In this document: positions 37,400 to 47,342 of the stretch, in pieces | How positions within the stretch are numbered: the first letter of the stretch is position 1 | Layout of the letters: each line of letters opens with the position of its first letter | The notes under the pieces: generated by a model | The model's database searches: none | What the model saw: the letters and a program-made list of their open reading frames with translations, nothing else | Told to the model about the DNA's origin: nothing | Program-made: the position numbers and the translations under genes | NCBI GenBank assembly: GCA_035288465.1 | Contig: DATEAH010000009.1 | Coordinates: forward strand, 11,951-75,950 | From: Patescibacteria group bacterium | Lineage (GTDB): Bacteria; Patescibacteriota; UBA1384; DATEAH01 | Length of the DNA: 64,000 nt | Direction: 5' to 3'

Positions 37400-37427
37400 T
37401 TGACAAATATTTTTGATATGGTATAAT
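37400..37427 (+). promoter_or_regulatory. near-consensus sigma70 promoter (TTGACA-16-TATAAT) driving the GC-rich noncoding unit
   Basis: Exact -35 and -10 hexamers in an AT-rich spacer just before GC content jumps. Confidence 0.6.
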
Positions 37428-37434
37428 AAGTAAA

Positions 37435-38564
37435 ATAAAGAAAAACAAAGATAAACCCAAAATAAACTAAAACGCAGGCAACACCCGCCAGGGTGCAGAC
37501 GGAGGTCGTCTGTCCCAACAGACCCATTCGTCGGGTCTGACTACATATGGCAGAAGGAGATGGTGTCAATGGTCGTACCAGGTCGCTCAGACAGACAGGG
37601 AACACACAGGGCCTGACGGCGGTTGACCCCAGCACCGGACCGGCGATGCGTCCCACAAGACGTAATCCATCATCAGAAAGGAGTATCAACTCCTTGAACC
37701 GGTTCTTCTCGAGCTTCCGAAAACGATAGTCCGACCCCACCCCCGGGAGCATGTTCAGTTCAGGTAGGATAGTCAGGATAGTCGGTTGGCAAGCCCGGCA
37801 ACCTCGAGGTGTTCTGCCAACGGGTTATACCGGTCGTCAGCTGATAAAAGCGCCGTCGCGTTTCCTGTCGTCCGGCATCGCTTCCGGCGTCGTAAAACTC
37901 GGCAGCTCCACCAGTCTTCGGCTAGATACCCAACTATCCTCGGAATCACACCCACAGGTTTCATGACTGGGGTTTGGTCCAGGACACGGCCCGTCAAGGC
38001 CACTAGGGTTTCGGCCACAAGGAAGACTGGGTTCGGTTCGTACCTTCACAACTAGTCGCAACTTCTTCTCGGCGCATAGTGCAGCTCTCGCGCTAAACTA
38101 CCAGAAGAACTGGTTCACCTTCGGGTGATAAGAAAACGGTTTCTGCACGAACCGGACCTAAGGTAAAGAAGAAACGCCAAACAGTTTCGCGTCGAGCAGG
38201 CATGGCCGTAGTGGTTACAAGAAAGTGTGGCCTGCCGCCGCGAAACTGCCGCTGGGCGACCAGATGTGGTTCCATCTTAGAGCTCCTAATCGGGCTCAAC
38301 AAACCCATCTGGTCTGACAGCACAACGTCCCACTGGGGGCGACCAAGCCGGGTAACGGGATTGGAGCGGATTCATCCGACTTACAACCCCTCACCAACCT
38401 GACTTCGGTCGCCCCTCCCTTTCCACCCTTCCTCCGCAATCCTCGTCTCTTTCGTCCTATTCGGGGCGGCAGCCGGTCCACAACGGGACCCTTCTGGGTC
38501 ACGAAACCCCCACTGGCTTGCCGCCCCGATATCTAAAAATTATTAGACCTTTTGGTCTTTTTTT
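37435..38564 (+). ncRNA. candidate large structured noncoding RNA (~1.1 kb, ~57% GC, ORF-free) of unknown class
   Basis: Bounded by promoter and intrinsic terminator; only short overlapping Arg/Pro/Ser-rich ORFs on both strands, none with RBS; UUCG tetraloop hairpins (CACC-TTCG-GGTG, GAC-TTCG-GTC); ~13-bp closing helix GGGGCGGCAGCC/GGCTTGCCGCCCC. Confidence 0.55.
38545..38564 (+). terminator. intrinsic terminator AGACC-TTTT-GGTCT + TTTTTT
   Basis: Perfect 5-bp stem, UUUU loop, 6-T run at 3' edge of the GC-rich unit. Confidence 0.7.
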
Positions 38565-38648
38565 GTTTCCAGCTTTATTTTTGGCTTAAAAAATGATAGA
38601 ATAGCATCAAGTAAAATCAGTAAACAATAAACAAATAATATCCGCCAG

Positions 38649-40028
38649 TTGGCGGAAGCAATCATCATGATAATTTTAGTAATTTTCGCCTTAGCCTTAA
38701 TTATTTTTTCATTTCTAAAACCCAAATGGGCGTTTTATTTGTTATTAGCTTTAATTCCCTTCCATGCTTTTTTATTCACCACTTTCAATGAATTATTAAA
38801 TTTAACTGGCCGCAGTTCGCAAATTCTGGCTTCTTGGAAAGAAATTATTATGTTCGGTTTGATTTTGCGCATTTTATGGCAAATTGTTAAGACTCGAAAA
38901 CCACCCTTTAAAATTTTATTTGTCGACAAAATTATTGCTTTATTGTTTTTACTCGGCATTTCCACCATGATCTTTTTCTTGATTCCGCTCAAATCTGCTT
39001 TTTGGGGATTTCGATTTGATTTTGAGATGTTTTTAATTTATTTCCTAGCTCGCTCCTATGTTTGGAAAAAACCTGAAATTCAAAAATCAGTCCTAATAAT
39101 TTTATCATCAGCCATGATTGTGGCTCTTTTTGCATTGTTGCAAGCCTGGTTTCTGCCGGCCGATTTTCTGACTCATTTCGGTTATTCATCAGGAGTAAAT
39201 TGGCAACAAGCGATCGCTTTGCCGGCTTATCAAACCATTGGCGCCTCAAATGTGGTGCGCATGCAATCATTTTTAGCTGGTCCAAATCAATTAGGCTCGT
39301 ATTTATTAATCCCAATTTTTATCAGCCTGGTGTATTTAATTTCTGCAAAAAGTAACAAATTAAAATTACTGTTAACTGTTTACTGTTTACTGTTAATTTT
39401 TTCTTTATTTTACACCTATTCCCGTTCCGCATGGTTGGCATTTGCCGCAGGTTTGGTGGTTTTAATTTTAATAAAAATCAAACAGCGTTACCCACTCAAA
39501 ACATTTTTAATCACCATGTCTGCAATTTTTGTAGTTTTAATAGGATTGTTGATTTTTATCCAATATCAACCCTTTGGTATTAAATTTGCCGATGTATATA
39601 TTAATCATCAAGGCTCAAATTTGGAAAGATTTAGCCGGCTTCAAGCCTCTTTTGAAACTATTATTAAAACACCGTGGGGTTTGGGAATCGGACAAGCTGG
39701 GCAAGCTCAACTTCATTCCATGAGTGCTACGGCTTTAATTTCAGAAAATTGGTATTTGCAAATTGGCGTTGAATTGGGAATTTTGGGTTTGATAATTTAT
39801 TTGCTCGTTATCTACCACTTTCTTAAAAATTTATGGCAAACCTTAAAATTTTTAACTGGAAAATTTGGCCACGATCTTAGTCTGGCGGTATTTTCAGGAT
39901 TTATCGTTCTTTCTTTGCACGCGATGTTTTTACACACTTGGTCTGATATTTCCACCGCTTTAACCTTTTGGTTTTTGGTCGGCTTGATTTTGACACAGAC
40001 ATCTACAAAATTACAAAAAAGTACATAA
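38649..40028 (+). CDS. O-antigen ligase/polymerase-like polytopic membrane protein
   Basis: ~10-12 TM helices with a large periplasmic loop; context with GT2 and TagA genes. Confidence 0.55.
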   Translation: MAEAIIMIILVIFALALIIFSFLKPKWAFYLLLALIPFHAFLFTTFNELLNLTGRSSQILASWKEIIMFGLILRILWQIVKTRKPPFKILFVDKIIALLFLLGISTMIFFLIPLKSAFWGFRFDFEMFLIYFLARSYVWKKPEIQKSVLIILSSAMIVALFALLQAWFLPADFLTHFGYSSGVNWQQAIALPAYQTIGASNVVRMQSFLAGPNQLGSYLLIPIFISLVYLISAKSNKLKLLLTVYCLLLIFSLFYTYSRSAWLAFAAGLVVLILIKIKQRYPLKTFLITMSAIFVVLIGLLIFIQYQPFGIKFADVYINHQGSNLERFSRLQASFETIIKTPWGLGIGQAGQAQLHSMSATALISENWYLQIGVELGILGLIIYLLVIYHFLKNLWQTLKFLTGKFGHDLSLAVFSGFIVLSLHAMFLHTWSDISTALTFWFLVGLILTQTSTKLQKST

Positions 40029-40096
40029 ATACAAGAAATAAAAACTTTCGTATTTTCGTAAAATTTTGTATTTAGTAAAATAGTTATGGAGGATTT

Positions 40097-40867
40097 ATGA
40101 AATTAACAATTTTGGGATCCGGTGGCGCGCTTTACAACCTTAAAAGGGGTTTTCCGGGTTATTATTTAGAAATTGGCAATGACAAAGTTTTACTCGATGC
40201 CGGTCCCGGCACTTTGACAAAATTAGCCAAAGCCAAAATTGATTATTTTGATTTAACCCATATTTTAATTTCTCATACTCATGCTGATCACCTTTCTGAT
40301 TTAATGCCGATCCTTATTAATATTTATTTGAAAACTTTATCAGCATATGGTGGGAAAGAGAAAATAAAACCTCTAATAATTTTTGGCCCACCAGGCTTTA
40401 AAAAAACATATCATCAATTAAAAGAAATGATGTTCCCCGAAAAAGAAAGTTTTAAAATTGAAATTCGCGAGCTTAAAAATAGCCGACTAAAATTTAAAAA
40501 TTGGCAATTAGAATCAGTTATTACGCGCCATGTCCCTTACTGGAAATCAATTTCGGTTAAATTTACCGAGTCCAATACTTCTTTTGTTTATTCAGGTGAC
40601 AGCGCATTTTGTCCAGAATTGATCAAATTATCCCAAAATGCCGAAAACTTATTGTTTGATTGTTCGGCGTTAATTAGTAATGAGTTTCCTCAATCACATT
40701 TAAATCCCCAATTTGCGGCCGAAATTGCTAATTTATCTGGTGCGAAAAAATTAATTTTATCCCATTTATATGATTTAGATGAGCTTGCCGAGATTAAAAA
40801 AGAGGTTGCCAAAGTTTTTAAAGGTGAAATCCATCTTGCTCGTGATTTGGAAAAATATATCTTATGA
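40097..40867 (+). CDS. MBL-fold metallo-hydrolase (RNase Z/BN-like)
   Basis: LISHTHADHLSDL zinc-binding motif; N-terminal ILGSGGA. Confidence 0.7.
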   Translation: MKLTILGSGGALYNLKRGFPGYYLEIGNDKVLLDAGPGTLTKLAKAKIDYFDLTHILISHTHADHLSDLMPILINIYLKTLSAYGGKEKIKPLIIFGPPGFKKTYHQLKEMMFPEKESFKIEIRELKNSRLKFKNWQLESVITRHVPYWKSISVKFTESNTSFVYSGDSAFCPELIKLSQNAENLLFDCSALISNEFPQSHLNPQFAAEIANLSGAKKLILSHLYDLDELAEIKKEVAKVFKGEIHLARDLEKYIL

Positions 40868-41688
40868 AATATCAAATTGGTTTAAAGGTTGGGTCAAAAT
40901 ATGGTTTTGGGGATGTTAAATCCTTAATTAAAAAAGGAATTAGTTGGGGTATTAATTTTTTTGAAATCACCACTACCGATATTAAAGATATTGAATTTTA
41001 TAAAAATTTAAAAAAACAAAAGATAAATTTTGGTATTCATGTTCCTCATGCTTATACACCTGACAACCCCATGGCTTTATGTGCAACTCTTTCTCCGTAT
41101 AAAGAAAGAGCAATTAAGTGGTTTAAAAAATCTATTAAAATCGCTCAAGAATTAAACGCAAAATATATTATCGTTCATCCGGATTTATCCCAAATTCCTA
41201 AAGGAAATTCGCGTTATCCGGAAGGAATTAAATTTGCGAGGAACAGAAAAGAAGGATTTAATCAATTTATTGAAAACATTAAGAAATATCATCAAGAAAT
41301 TCCCTTACTAATTGAAGTAATGCCAAGCCCTAATTATTATAATTTTAATTTAAAGGAGAGTTTAAAATTACATAATATAATTAAAACAAATTTTTGTTTT
41401 GATGTTGATCATGCTTTTGAAGTTGACCAAAAAATAAACACAGTAATTCACTGGTACCAAGGCATTAAAAAATATGTTGAGATATTTCATGTCTGTGATT
41501 TTGATCCTGAAATTAGAGGGCACTTACCAATTGGCGAAGGAAAAATTAATTTTAACAAATTTTTCCAAAAAATTAAATTAAATAATAATCAAATTTTTAT
41601 TTTAGAAGTTTTGCCAAATTCAATAAAAAGCACCGAAAAGGATTTAATTGGCTCTAAAAATAAATTAGAGCAATGGCTGAAAAATTAA
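40864..41688 (+). CDS. sugar-phosphate isomerase/epimerase-like TIM-barrel protein
   Basis: Weak resemblance to xylose-isomerase-like TIM barrels (GIHVPHAY…IIVHPD…); 4-nt overlap with upstream gene. Confidence 0.45.
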   Translation: MKYQIGLKVGSKYGFGDVKSLIKKGISWGINFFEITTTDIKDIEFYKNLKKQKINFGIHVPHAYTPDNPMALCATLSPYKERAIKWFKKSIKIAQELNAKYIIVHPDLSQIPKGNSRYPEGIKFARNRKEGFNQFIENIKKYHQEIPLLIEVMPSPNYYNFNLKESLKLHNIIKTNFCFDVDHAFEVDQKINTVIHWYQGIKKYVEIFHVCDFDPEIRGHLPIGEGKINFNKFFQKIKLNNNQIFILEVLPNSIKSTEKDLIGSKNKLEQWLKN

Positions 41689-41692
41689 TCAT

Positions 41693-42418
41693 ATGGATAT
41701 TTTAGGAGTTAGAGTTCATAATCTTAGTTTTAATCAAGCTCTTGAGAAAATTGAGAGTTTTATCAAAAGTGGGCAAAAACATCAAATCGCCACCATAAAT
41801 GCAGAATTTATTATTGCCGCGCAAAAAGATTTAGAATTCAAGAAAATCTTGAATTCGGCTTCATTGGCAGTTCCAGATGGAACCGGCTTACTATTCGCTT
41901 CAAAATTTTTATATGGTGCAAAAAATGCTTTCAAAGAACGGGTGACTGGAGTTGATTTAACTTGGGAATTGGCAAAAATTGCTGAAAAAAATAATTGGTC
42001 AATATATCTTTTGGGCGCCAAAACTGGCGTGGCCCAAAAAACAGCTGTTAGATTAAAATATTTATATCATAATTTGAAAATTGTTGCTATTTCCGAAGGC
42101 ATGCCAAGATACACCGAGAAACAGGTGCTCGCCAACATTAATAAAGTCAAACCAGATATTTTATTAGTCGCTTTTGGTGCGCCCAAACAAGAAAAATTTA
42201 TCGCTAAAAATTTACCTAATTTAAATTTCAAAGTCGCCATTGGTGTCGGTGGGACATTTGATTTTATTGCCGAAACGCAAAAAAGAGCCCCGGTTTGGCT
42301 ACAAAAACTTGGTTTAGAGTGGTTGTGGCGACTAATTCATGAACCTAAAAGAATTGGTCGGATTTATAACGCGGTTATAAAATTCCCGTTCTTAGTTTTC
42401 TGGTCAAAAATCACTTGA
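41693..42418 (+). CDS. WecB/TagA/CpsF-family glycosyltransferase
   Basis: Family-typical ATINAEFIIAAQKD…LAVPDGTGLLFAS…YLLGAKTGV pattern. Confidence 0.75.
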   Translation: MDILGVRVHNLSFNQALEKIESFIKSGQKHQIATINAEFIIAAQKDLEFKKILNSASLAVPDGTGLLFASKFLYGAKNAFKERVTGVDLTWELAKIAEKNNWSIYLLGAKTGVAQKTAVRLKYLYHNLKIVAISEGMPRYTEKQVLANINKVKPDILLVAFGAPKQEKFIAKNLPNLNFKVAIGVGGTFDFIAETQKRAPVWLQKLGLEWLWRLIHEPKRIGRIYNAVIKFPFLVFWSKIT

Positions 42419-42532
42419 CAAAAAAATTAACCGGGCTTATAATAAAAATGATCTGGTGGCTTTTGGCCACCTCATTTTTTACCAAAATCCTTTGCTGAAA
42501 TTAATAATATTTGATATAATATATGTAAGGAA

Positions 42533-42658
42533 ATTCTAAATACTAAATCCGAAATCCTAAACAAATTCAAAATTCTAATTTCCCAATTTTCTAAACTATT
42601 TAGCAGATATAATTTGGGTCATTGAAATTTGTTTAGAGATTAGAAATTAGAATTTGAC
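42533..42658. repeat. AT-rich palindromic dispersed repeat, copy 3 (AAATCCGAAATCCTAAACAAATT … AAATTTGTTTAGAGATTAGAAATTAGAATTT)
   Basis: Same arm sequences as copies at 7.5k and 20.7k; fills tagA-nusA intergenic. Confidence 0.5.
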
Positions 42659-42672
42659 TCCGAAGGAGCAAT

Positions 42673-43914
42673 GTGGATCCAGAGTTTGTAGCCGCCGTTC
42701 GGCAAATTTGTGACGAAAAAGGCATTCAACCAGAACAAGTTTATGAAACCGTCGCTTCGGCGATCGCTTCCGCATACAGAAAAGATTTTGCCAAACCCGG
42801 CAATAAGATTGAGGCCGAATTTGATCCAGAATCTGGAAAAGTGCGAATTTTCCAGGTTTTAGAAGTAGTAGAAGAAGTTGAAAATCCGGATCGTGAAATC
42901 ACCGTTGATGAAGCTAAAAAATATAAGAAAAAGCCCAAAGTCGACGACACCATTCAAATTGACAAAGAGGCCCCAGTTAGTTATGGCCGCATTGCTGCTC
43001 AAACCGCCAAACAAGTTGTAATTCAAAAAATCCGCGAAGCTGAACGAAACGTCTTGTTTAATGAATTCAAAGATAAAGAAGGCGAATTGCTCACTGGCGT
43101 GGTTCAGCAAATTGAAGGTCGGAATATCATTATTAATTTAGGCCGAGCCAATGGAATCCTTTTTCCCAAAGATCAAATTGCTGATGAAAGATATTATTTA
43201 GGACAAAGATTAAAAGTCTATATTGCGGCGGTTGAAGAAACCTCAAAAAATCCGCAAATTCTTTTGTCCCGAACCCATCCAGAAATGATTCATCGTCTAT
43301 TTGAATTAGAAGTCCCGGAAATTAATTCTGAAGCGGTGGAAATTAAAGCCATTGCCAGAGAAGCGGGGAAGAGATCTAAAGTGGCAGTTTCGGCAAATCA
43401 GGAAGGGGTGGATCCGGTTGGTTCGTGTGTTGGTCAGCGAGGCACCAGAATTCAAGCGGTTTTAGCCGAAATTGGTGAAGAAAAAATTGATATCATTCTT
43501 TGGGACGATAAAATTGAAAAATATATTGAAAATGCGCTTTCTCCTGCCAAAATTAAAAGCCTTAAGTTAGATAAAAAAAATCAAGTTGCCACCGTCAATG
43601 TGGCTGAAGATCAACTTAGTTTAGCCATTGGTCGAGAAGGCCAAAACGTTAGATTAGCTTCAAAATTAACTGGTTGGGAAGTCAATATTCAAAAAGCCGA
43701 AGTTGTTGAAGCCAAGAAAATCCAAAAACCCACCGAAGCCAACCCAGCAAGCGAAGCTGAGACCAATTTGAATCCTAAAGATCTCAAAGATATTAAAACA
43801 CCCAAAAGGGAAGTTTCAAAAATTAAAAGCGCTAAAGTCCCTAAAAAGGCTACCAAAATCAAAAAAGCCAGTGCCAAATCCAAAACTGTCAAAAAAACTG
43901 GCAAAAAGGGATAA
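42673..43914 (+). CDS. nusA: transcription termination/antitermination factor NusA (Lys-rich C-terminal tail)
   Basis: NusA N-terminal domain, S1 and two KH regions (GxxG: GREGQNVRLA). Confidence 0.85.
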   Translation: MDPEFVAAVRQICDEKGIQPEQVYETVASAIASAYRKDFAKPGNKIEAEFDPESGKVRIFQVLEVVEEVENPDREITVDEAKKYKKKPKVDDTIQIDKEAPVSYGRIAAQTAKQVVIQKIREAERNVLFNEFKDKEGELLTGVVQQIEGRNIIINLGRANGILFPKDQIADERYYLGQRLKVYIAAVEETSKNPQILLSRTHPEMIHRLFELEVPEINSEAVEIKAIAREAGKRSKVAVSANQEGVDPVGSCVGQRGTRIQAVLAEIGEEKIDIILWDDKIEKYIENALSPAKIKSLKLDKKNQVATVNVAEDQLSLAIGREGQNVRLASKLTGWEVNIQKAEVVEAKKIQKPTEANPASEAETNLNPKDLKDIKTPKREVSKIKSAKVPKKATKIKKASAKSKTVKKTGKKG

Positions 43915-44004
43915 TATACTTTATTATTTTATCAGCTATTTTTCAGTTGATCGGCTTATATTATAATTAATTTTACAAATTAGAAAATATGTTAAGGAGG
44001 TAAT

Positions 44005-46530
44005 ATGAACGAATTTAATCGATTTTCGGCAGAAGCTAAAAAGATTATTAAAGTTGCTGAAAATATTGCTACTGACATGAACACTCAGACTGGTTCTAAC
44101 CATATTTTATTATCAATCGCTTCAAGTTCTAATACCGCTTCTGCTGAAGTATTGCGAAATAACGGTATTAATATTGATCGGATTCATTTAGCAATTTCAA
44201 TTTCAAGATTGAGTAGTTTTGATGTTTTTCCGATTGGCGTCAGCAATGAAACGAAAAAATTAGTTGAAAAAGCCTTGGTTTGGGCAAAGGATTTAGGTTC
44301 GTCCATGGTTGAGCCGGATCATCTTTTTTTAGCAATTTTGTCTGAACCTGGTTTTGCCGGATATAAAATTTTAGAAGATTTAGGCATTGACTCGCAATTA
44401 TTAAAAGAGCAATTACTGTCGATGTTGACTGGGTCCGAAAAAGCGGCAGAATCTGCCTCAAATTCCGAAGAAACAGATGAGGAACCAGTCTCTGGATTTG
44501 GTGAATTTGGCAAATTAGGGGAAATATTTGATGAACCATTTTTTGGCCAAGCTCTTCAAGCGATCCGACCTAAAAAAAGCTCAAGTTCGGTTTTGGCAAA
44601 TTATACTTTAGATTTAACACAAAAAGCTTCAGAAGGCGTTTTAGATCCAATTGTGGGGCGTGGTCCGGAAATTCAGAGAGTTTTGCGGATTTTAAACCGT
44701 CGCAATAAAAATAATCCAGTCTTGGTTGGCGAACCAGGAGTGGGTAAAACCGCGATTGTCGAGGGATTAGCCCAAAAAATAATTGCCGGTGACATTCCTA
44801 AAAATATTGCCGGAAAGAGAATTTTGGTTTTAGATTTAGCCTTGTTATTAGCTGGTACTAAATATCGAGGTGAATTCGAAGAAAGAATCAAAAAGGTTAC
44901 CAAAGAAATAATGCAGGCTAAAGATATCATCCTTTTTATTGACGAACTTCACACCATTGTGGGTGCGGGATCAGCAGAAGGCGCCATGGATGCGGCAAAT
45001 ATTCTAAAACCAGCCTTAGCCCGAGGCGATTTACGCTTGGTTGGTGCCACGACTCTTGATGATTATCGAAAATACATCGAAAAAGATCCAGCCCTCGAGC
45101 GACGCTTGCAGATGGTGAAGGTGGATGAACCAACCCCTGAAGAAACCCTGCAAATTCTCCAGGGGATTAAAAAAAAATACGAAGAATTTCACCATGTTAA
45201 TATTAGTGATGAAGCAATTGAGGCTGCGGTTGAGCTATCTGTGCGTTATATTTCTGATCGATTTTTGCCTGACAAAGCGGTGGATTTAATTGACGAAGCC
45301 GCCTCTGACGCTTCGTTATATGCTTCACCTCGAAATCCCGAATTGATTAATCTTAAAAAACAGTATAATGAATTAGAAAAGGAAAAAGATCAATTAGTAG
45401 CTCGCGAAAATTTCAAAAAAGCCGCTCAAATTAAGATTAAACAGCGCCAGATTCGACAAAAAATCTTACAATCAGGCTCAAAAACTTCAGATATTCATCC
45501 GATTATAATTAACAGAACCAATATTGCCAAAGTTGTTTCTGAATGGACCAAAATTCCAGTTTCATCTTTAGTTAAAGAAGAAATTGCCAAATTTAAAAAT
45601 CTCGAGCAAATTCTCAAAAAGAGAATCAAGGGGCAAGATGAAGCCATAGATACAATTAGCCAAAGCATTAAGAGATCGCGCACAGGTGTCACTGCCGAAA
45701 CCAGACCTTTAGGCTCATTTATCTTTTTGGGTCCAACCGGTGTTGGTAAAACTGAATTAGCCAAAGTTTTGGCTGAAGAAATTTTTGAATCGTCCGAAGC
45801 ATTGATTAAGATTGATATGTCTGAATTTATGGAAAAACACAATATTTCCAGATTAGTGGGCGCACCTCCAGGTTATGTTGGCTATGAAGAAGCTGGCAAA
45901 TTAACCGAATCGATACGTCGCCGACCGTATTCAGTCGTTCTTTTTGATGAAATCGAAAAAGCCCATCCCGATGTGCAGAATATTCTACTTCAAGTTTTAG
46001 AAGATGGCTATTTGACGGATGCTCGAGGCAGGAGGGTAAATTTTAGAAATACAATTATTATTATGACCTCAAATATTGGCATGCGTGAATTAACGACTCA
46101 AGCCGTGGTTGGTTTTCGAGCCCAGGATAATCGCAAACAGGATTTTCTCAAAAGTTATGAACAAATGAAAGACAAGGTTCTACGCGATTTAAAACAGCAA
46201 TTTCGACCCGAATTTCTAAATCGTGTTGACAGGGTCGTGGTTTTTAAACCTTTGGGCGAAAAAGAAATTGCCGAAATTGTTGATTTAAGACTCTCGGAAT
46301 TAATCGAAAGACTGCAAAAAGGACAAGAAATTTTACTGAAATTTTCGCCAAAAGTTAGGGAAAAAATTGCCAAAATTGGTTTTGATCCCGAAAATGGCGC
46401 TCGACCAATTCGACGAGCCATTTCTGATTTAGTTGAAGAACCATTAGCTGAAGCGATCTTAGCTGGAGAGATAAAATCTGGCCAAAAAGTATTAGTGGAT
46501 CTTCGTGGAGATAAAATCGTTTTCAAATAA
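44005..46530 (+). CDS. clpC: ATP-dependent Clp protease ATP-binding subunit (ClpC-type, two AAA+ modules)
   Basis: Clp_N repeats, Walker [16 protein letters not shown] and [15 protein letters not shown], short middle domain, 841 aa. Confidence 0.85.
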   Translation: MNEFNRFSAEAKKIIKVAENIATDMNTQTGSNHILLSIASSSNTASAEVLRNNGINIDRIHLAISISRLSSFDVFPIGVSNETKKLVEKALVWAKDLGSSMVEPDHLFLAILSEPGFAGYKILEDLGIDSQLLKEQLLSMLTGSEKAAESASNSEETDEEPVSGFGEFGKLGEIFDEPFFGQALQAIRPKKSSSSVLANYTLDLTQKASEGVLDPIVGRGPEIQRVLRILNRRNKNNPVLVGEPGVGKTAIVEGLAQKIIAGDIPKNIAGKRILVLDLALLLAGTKYRGEFEERIKKVTKEIMQAKDIILFIDELHTIVGAGSAEGAMDAANILKPALARGDLRLVGATTLDDYRKYIEKDPALERRLQMVKVDEPTPEETLQILQGIKKKYEEFHHVNISDEAIEAAVELSVRYISDRFLPDKAVDLIDEAASDASLYASPRNPELINLKKQYNELEKEKDQLVARENFKKAAQIKIKQRQIRQKILQSGSKTSDIHPIIINRTNIAKVVSEWTKIPVSSLVKEEIAKFKNLEQILKKRIKGQDEAIDTISQSIKRSRTGVTAETRPLGSFIFLGPTGVGKTELAKVLAEEIFESSEALIKIDMSEFMEKHNISRLVGAPPGYVGYEEAGKLTESIRRRPYSVVLFDEIEKAHPDVQNILLQVLEDGYLTDARGRRVNFRNTIIIMTSNIGMRELTTQAVVGFRAQDNRKQDFLKSYEQMKDKVLRDLKQQFRPEFLNRVDRVVVFKPLGEKEIAEIVDLRLSELIERLQKGQEILLKFSPKVREKIAKIGFDPENGARPIRRAISDLVEEPLAEAILAGEIKSGQKVLVDLRGDKIVFK

Positions 46531-47306
46531 ATAAAATCGTATATCTAAAAAAAATCCCTCTAAGGATGATGGTTATGAAAAGTTGGCCCTAAAGGGAAAA
46601 GTAAAAAAATAATAGATTAATGTCGTCTCGTCTGCAAACGCGATGGGGGTCGGCGACAGCAATCAGGTTTTGTGGGATGATGTTTTAAATGACCATTTCG
46701 GCCGTTATTTTTGGTTGATTTCGGTTGGGTGGGTTCTAAAGGCTGCATTTGCCACTTATTACATGCAAGCGAATCGGGTCGGAAGGATCGCTTACGAAAT
46801 GAACAAGACAATTCATCTGTATCAATCGCCATTTGATCTGTGGATTCGCCAGTCCAGACTGATTGAAATTGAATTTGGTGGTGGGCATGAGTGCAGAAAC
46901 CGCACCGTTTCACCCGATCCCGATGTAGCTGTCTGTTGTCTGACGCCTCCGACGAAGTGGTGCTTGGAACGACTGGCTTTTTCGGCAAGAGCTGTCACCT
47001 CTTCTGGAGTTCGCACGGATGTTCTTATTATACCAATTTCCAAATTTTTGTCAATGTCGAAAAAATGGCCGAGGGTTCCAAGATGAACATTTATTTGAAT
47101 CTCTGACCCGTATCTGTTGACGCCAGCAATAATGCATACGCTGGTTAAAAGACGTGCAATTTGCACAAAGCTTTGTGCGGTGACGCTTAGCCTTAATCCG
47201 GTGAACTTTTTTTCTTCTCTTTGAGTTTGGGATTAGATCCACCTCCACAAGAATATCAGAATGTTAATAATATACCCATTTTTTGTTTATTTGTCAAATT
47301 GAAATC

Positions 47307-47335
47307 TTGCCAAATAATTTAAAACGTGAGATAAT
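47307..47335 (+). promoter_or_regulatory. sigma70-like promoter (TTGCCA-17-GATAAT) placing the TSS at/near the rel ATG (leaderless)
   Basis: Hexamers with 17-nt spacer; ATG at 47343 has no upstream SD. Confidence 0.45.
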
Positions 47336-47342
47336 TTAGCAA

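Noticed and set aside
37378-38502. Ten 60-124-aa ORFs on both strands across the GC-rich unit
   Set aside because: All overlap in several frames, lack SD sequences and have Arg/Pro/Ser-rich compositions. I interpret the locus as non-coding RNA (see finding) rather than protein-coding.
37435-38564. Tested whether the GC-rich unit is RNase P RNA, tmRNA, SRP RNA, rRNA fragment or a group II intron
   Set aside because: None of the universally conserved strings (GGAAAGUCCGGGC / ACAGAAACCGGCUUA; GGUUCGAUUCC…CCACCA; domain V GAGC…GNRA…ACGG; rRNA 5' ends) are present on either strand by eye, so it stays unclassified.
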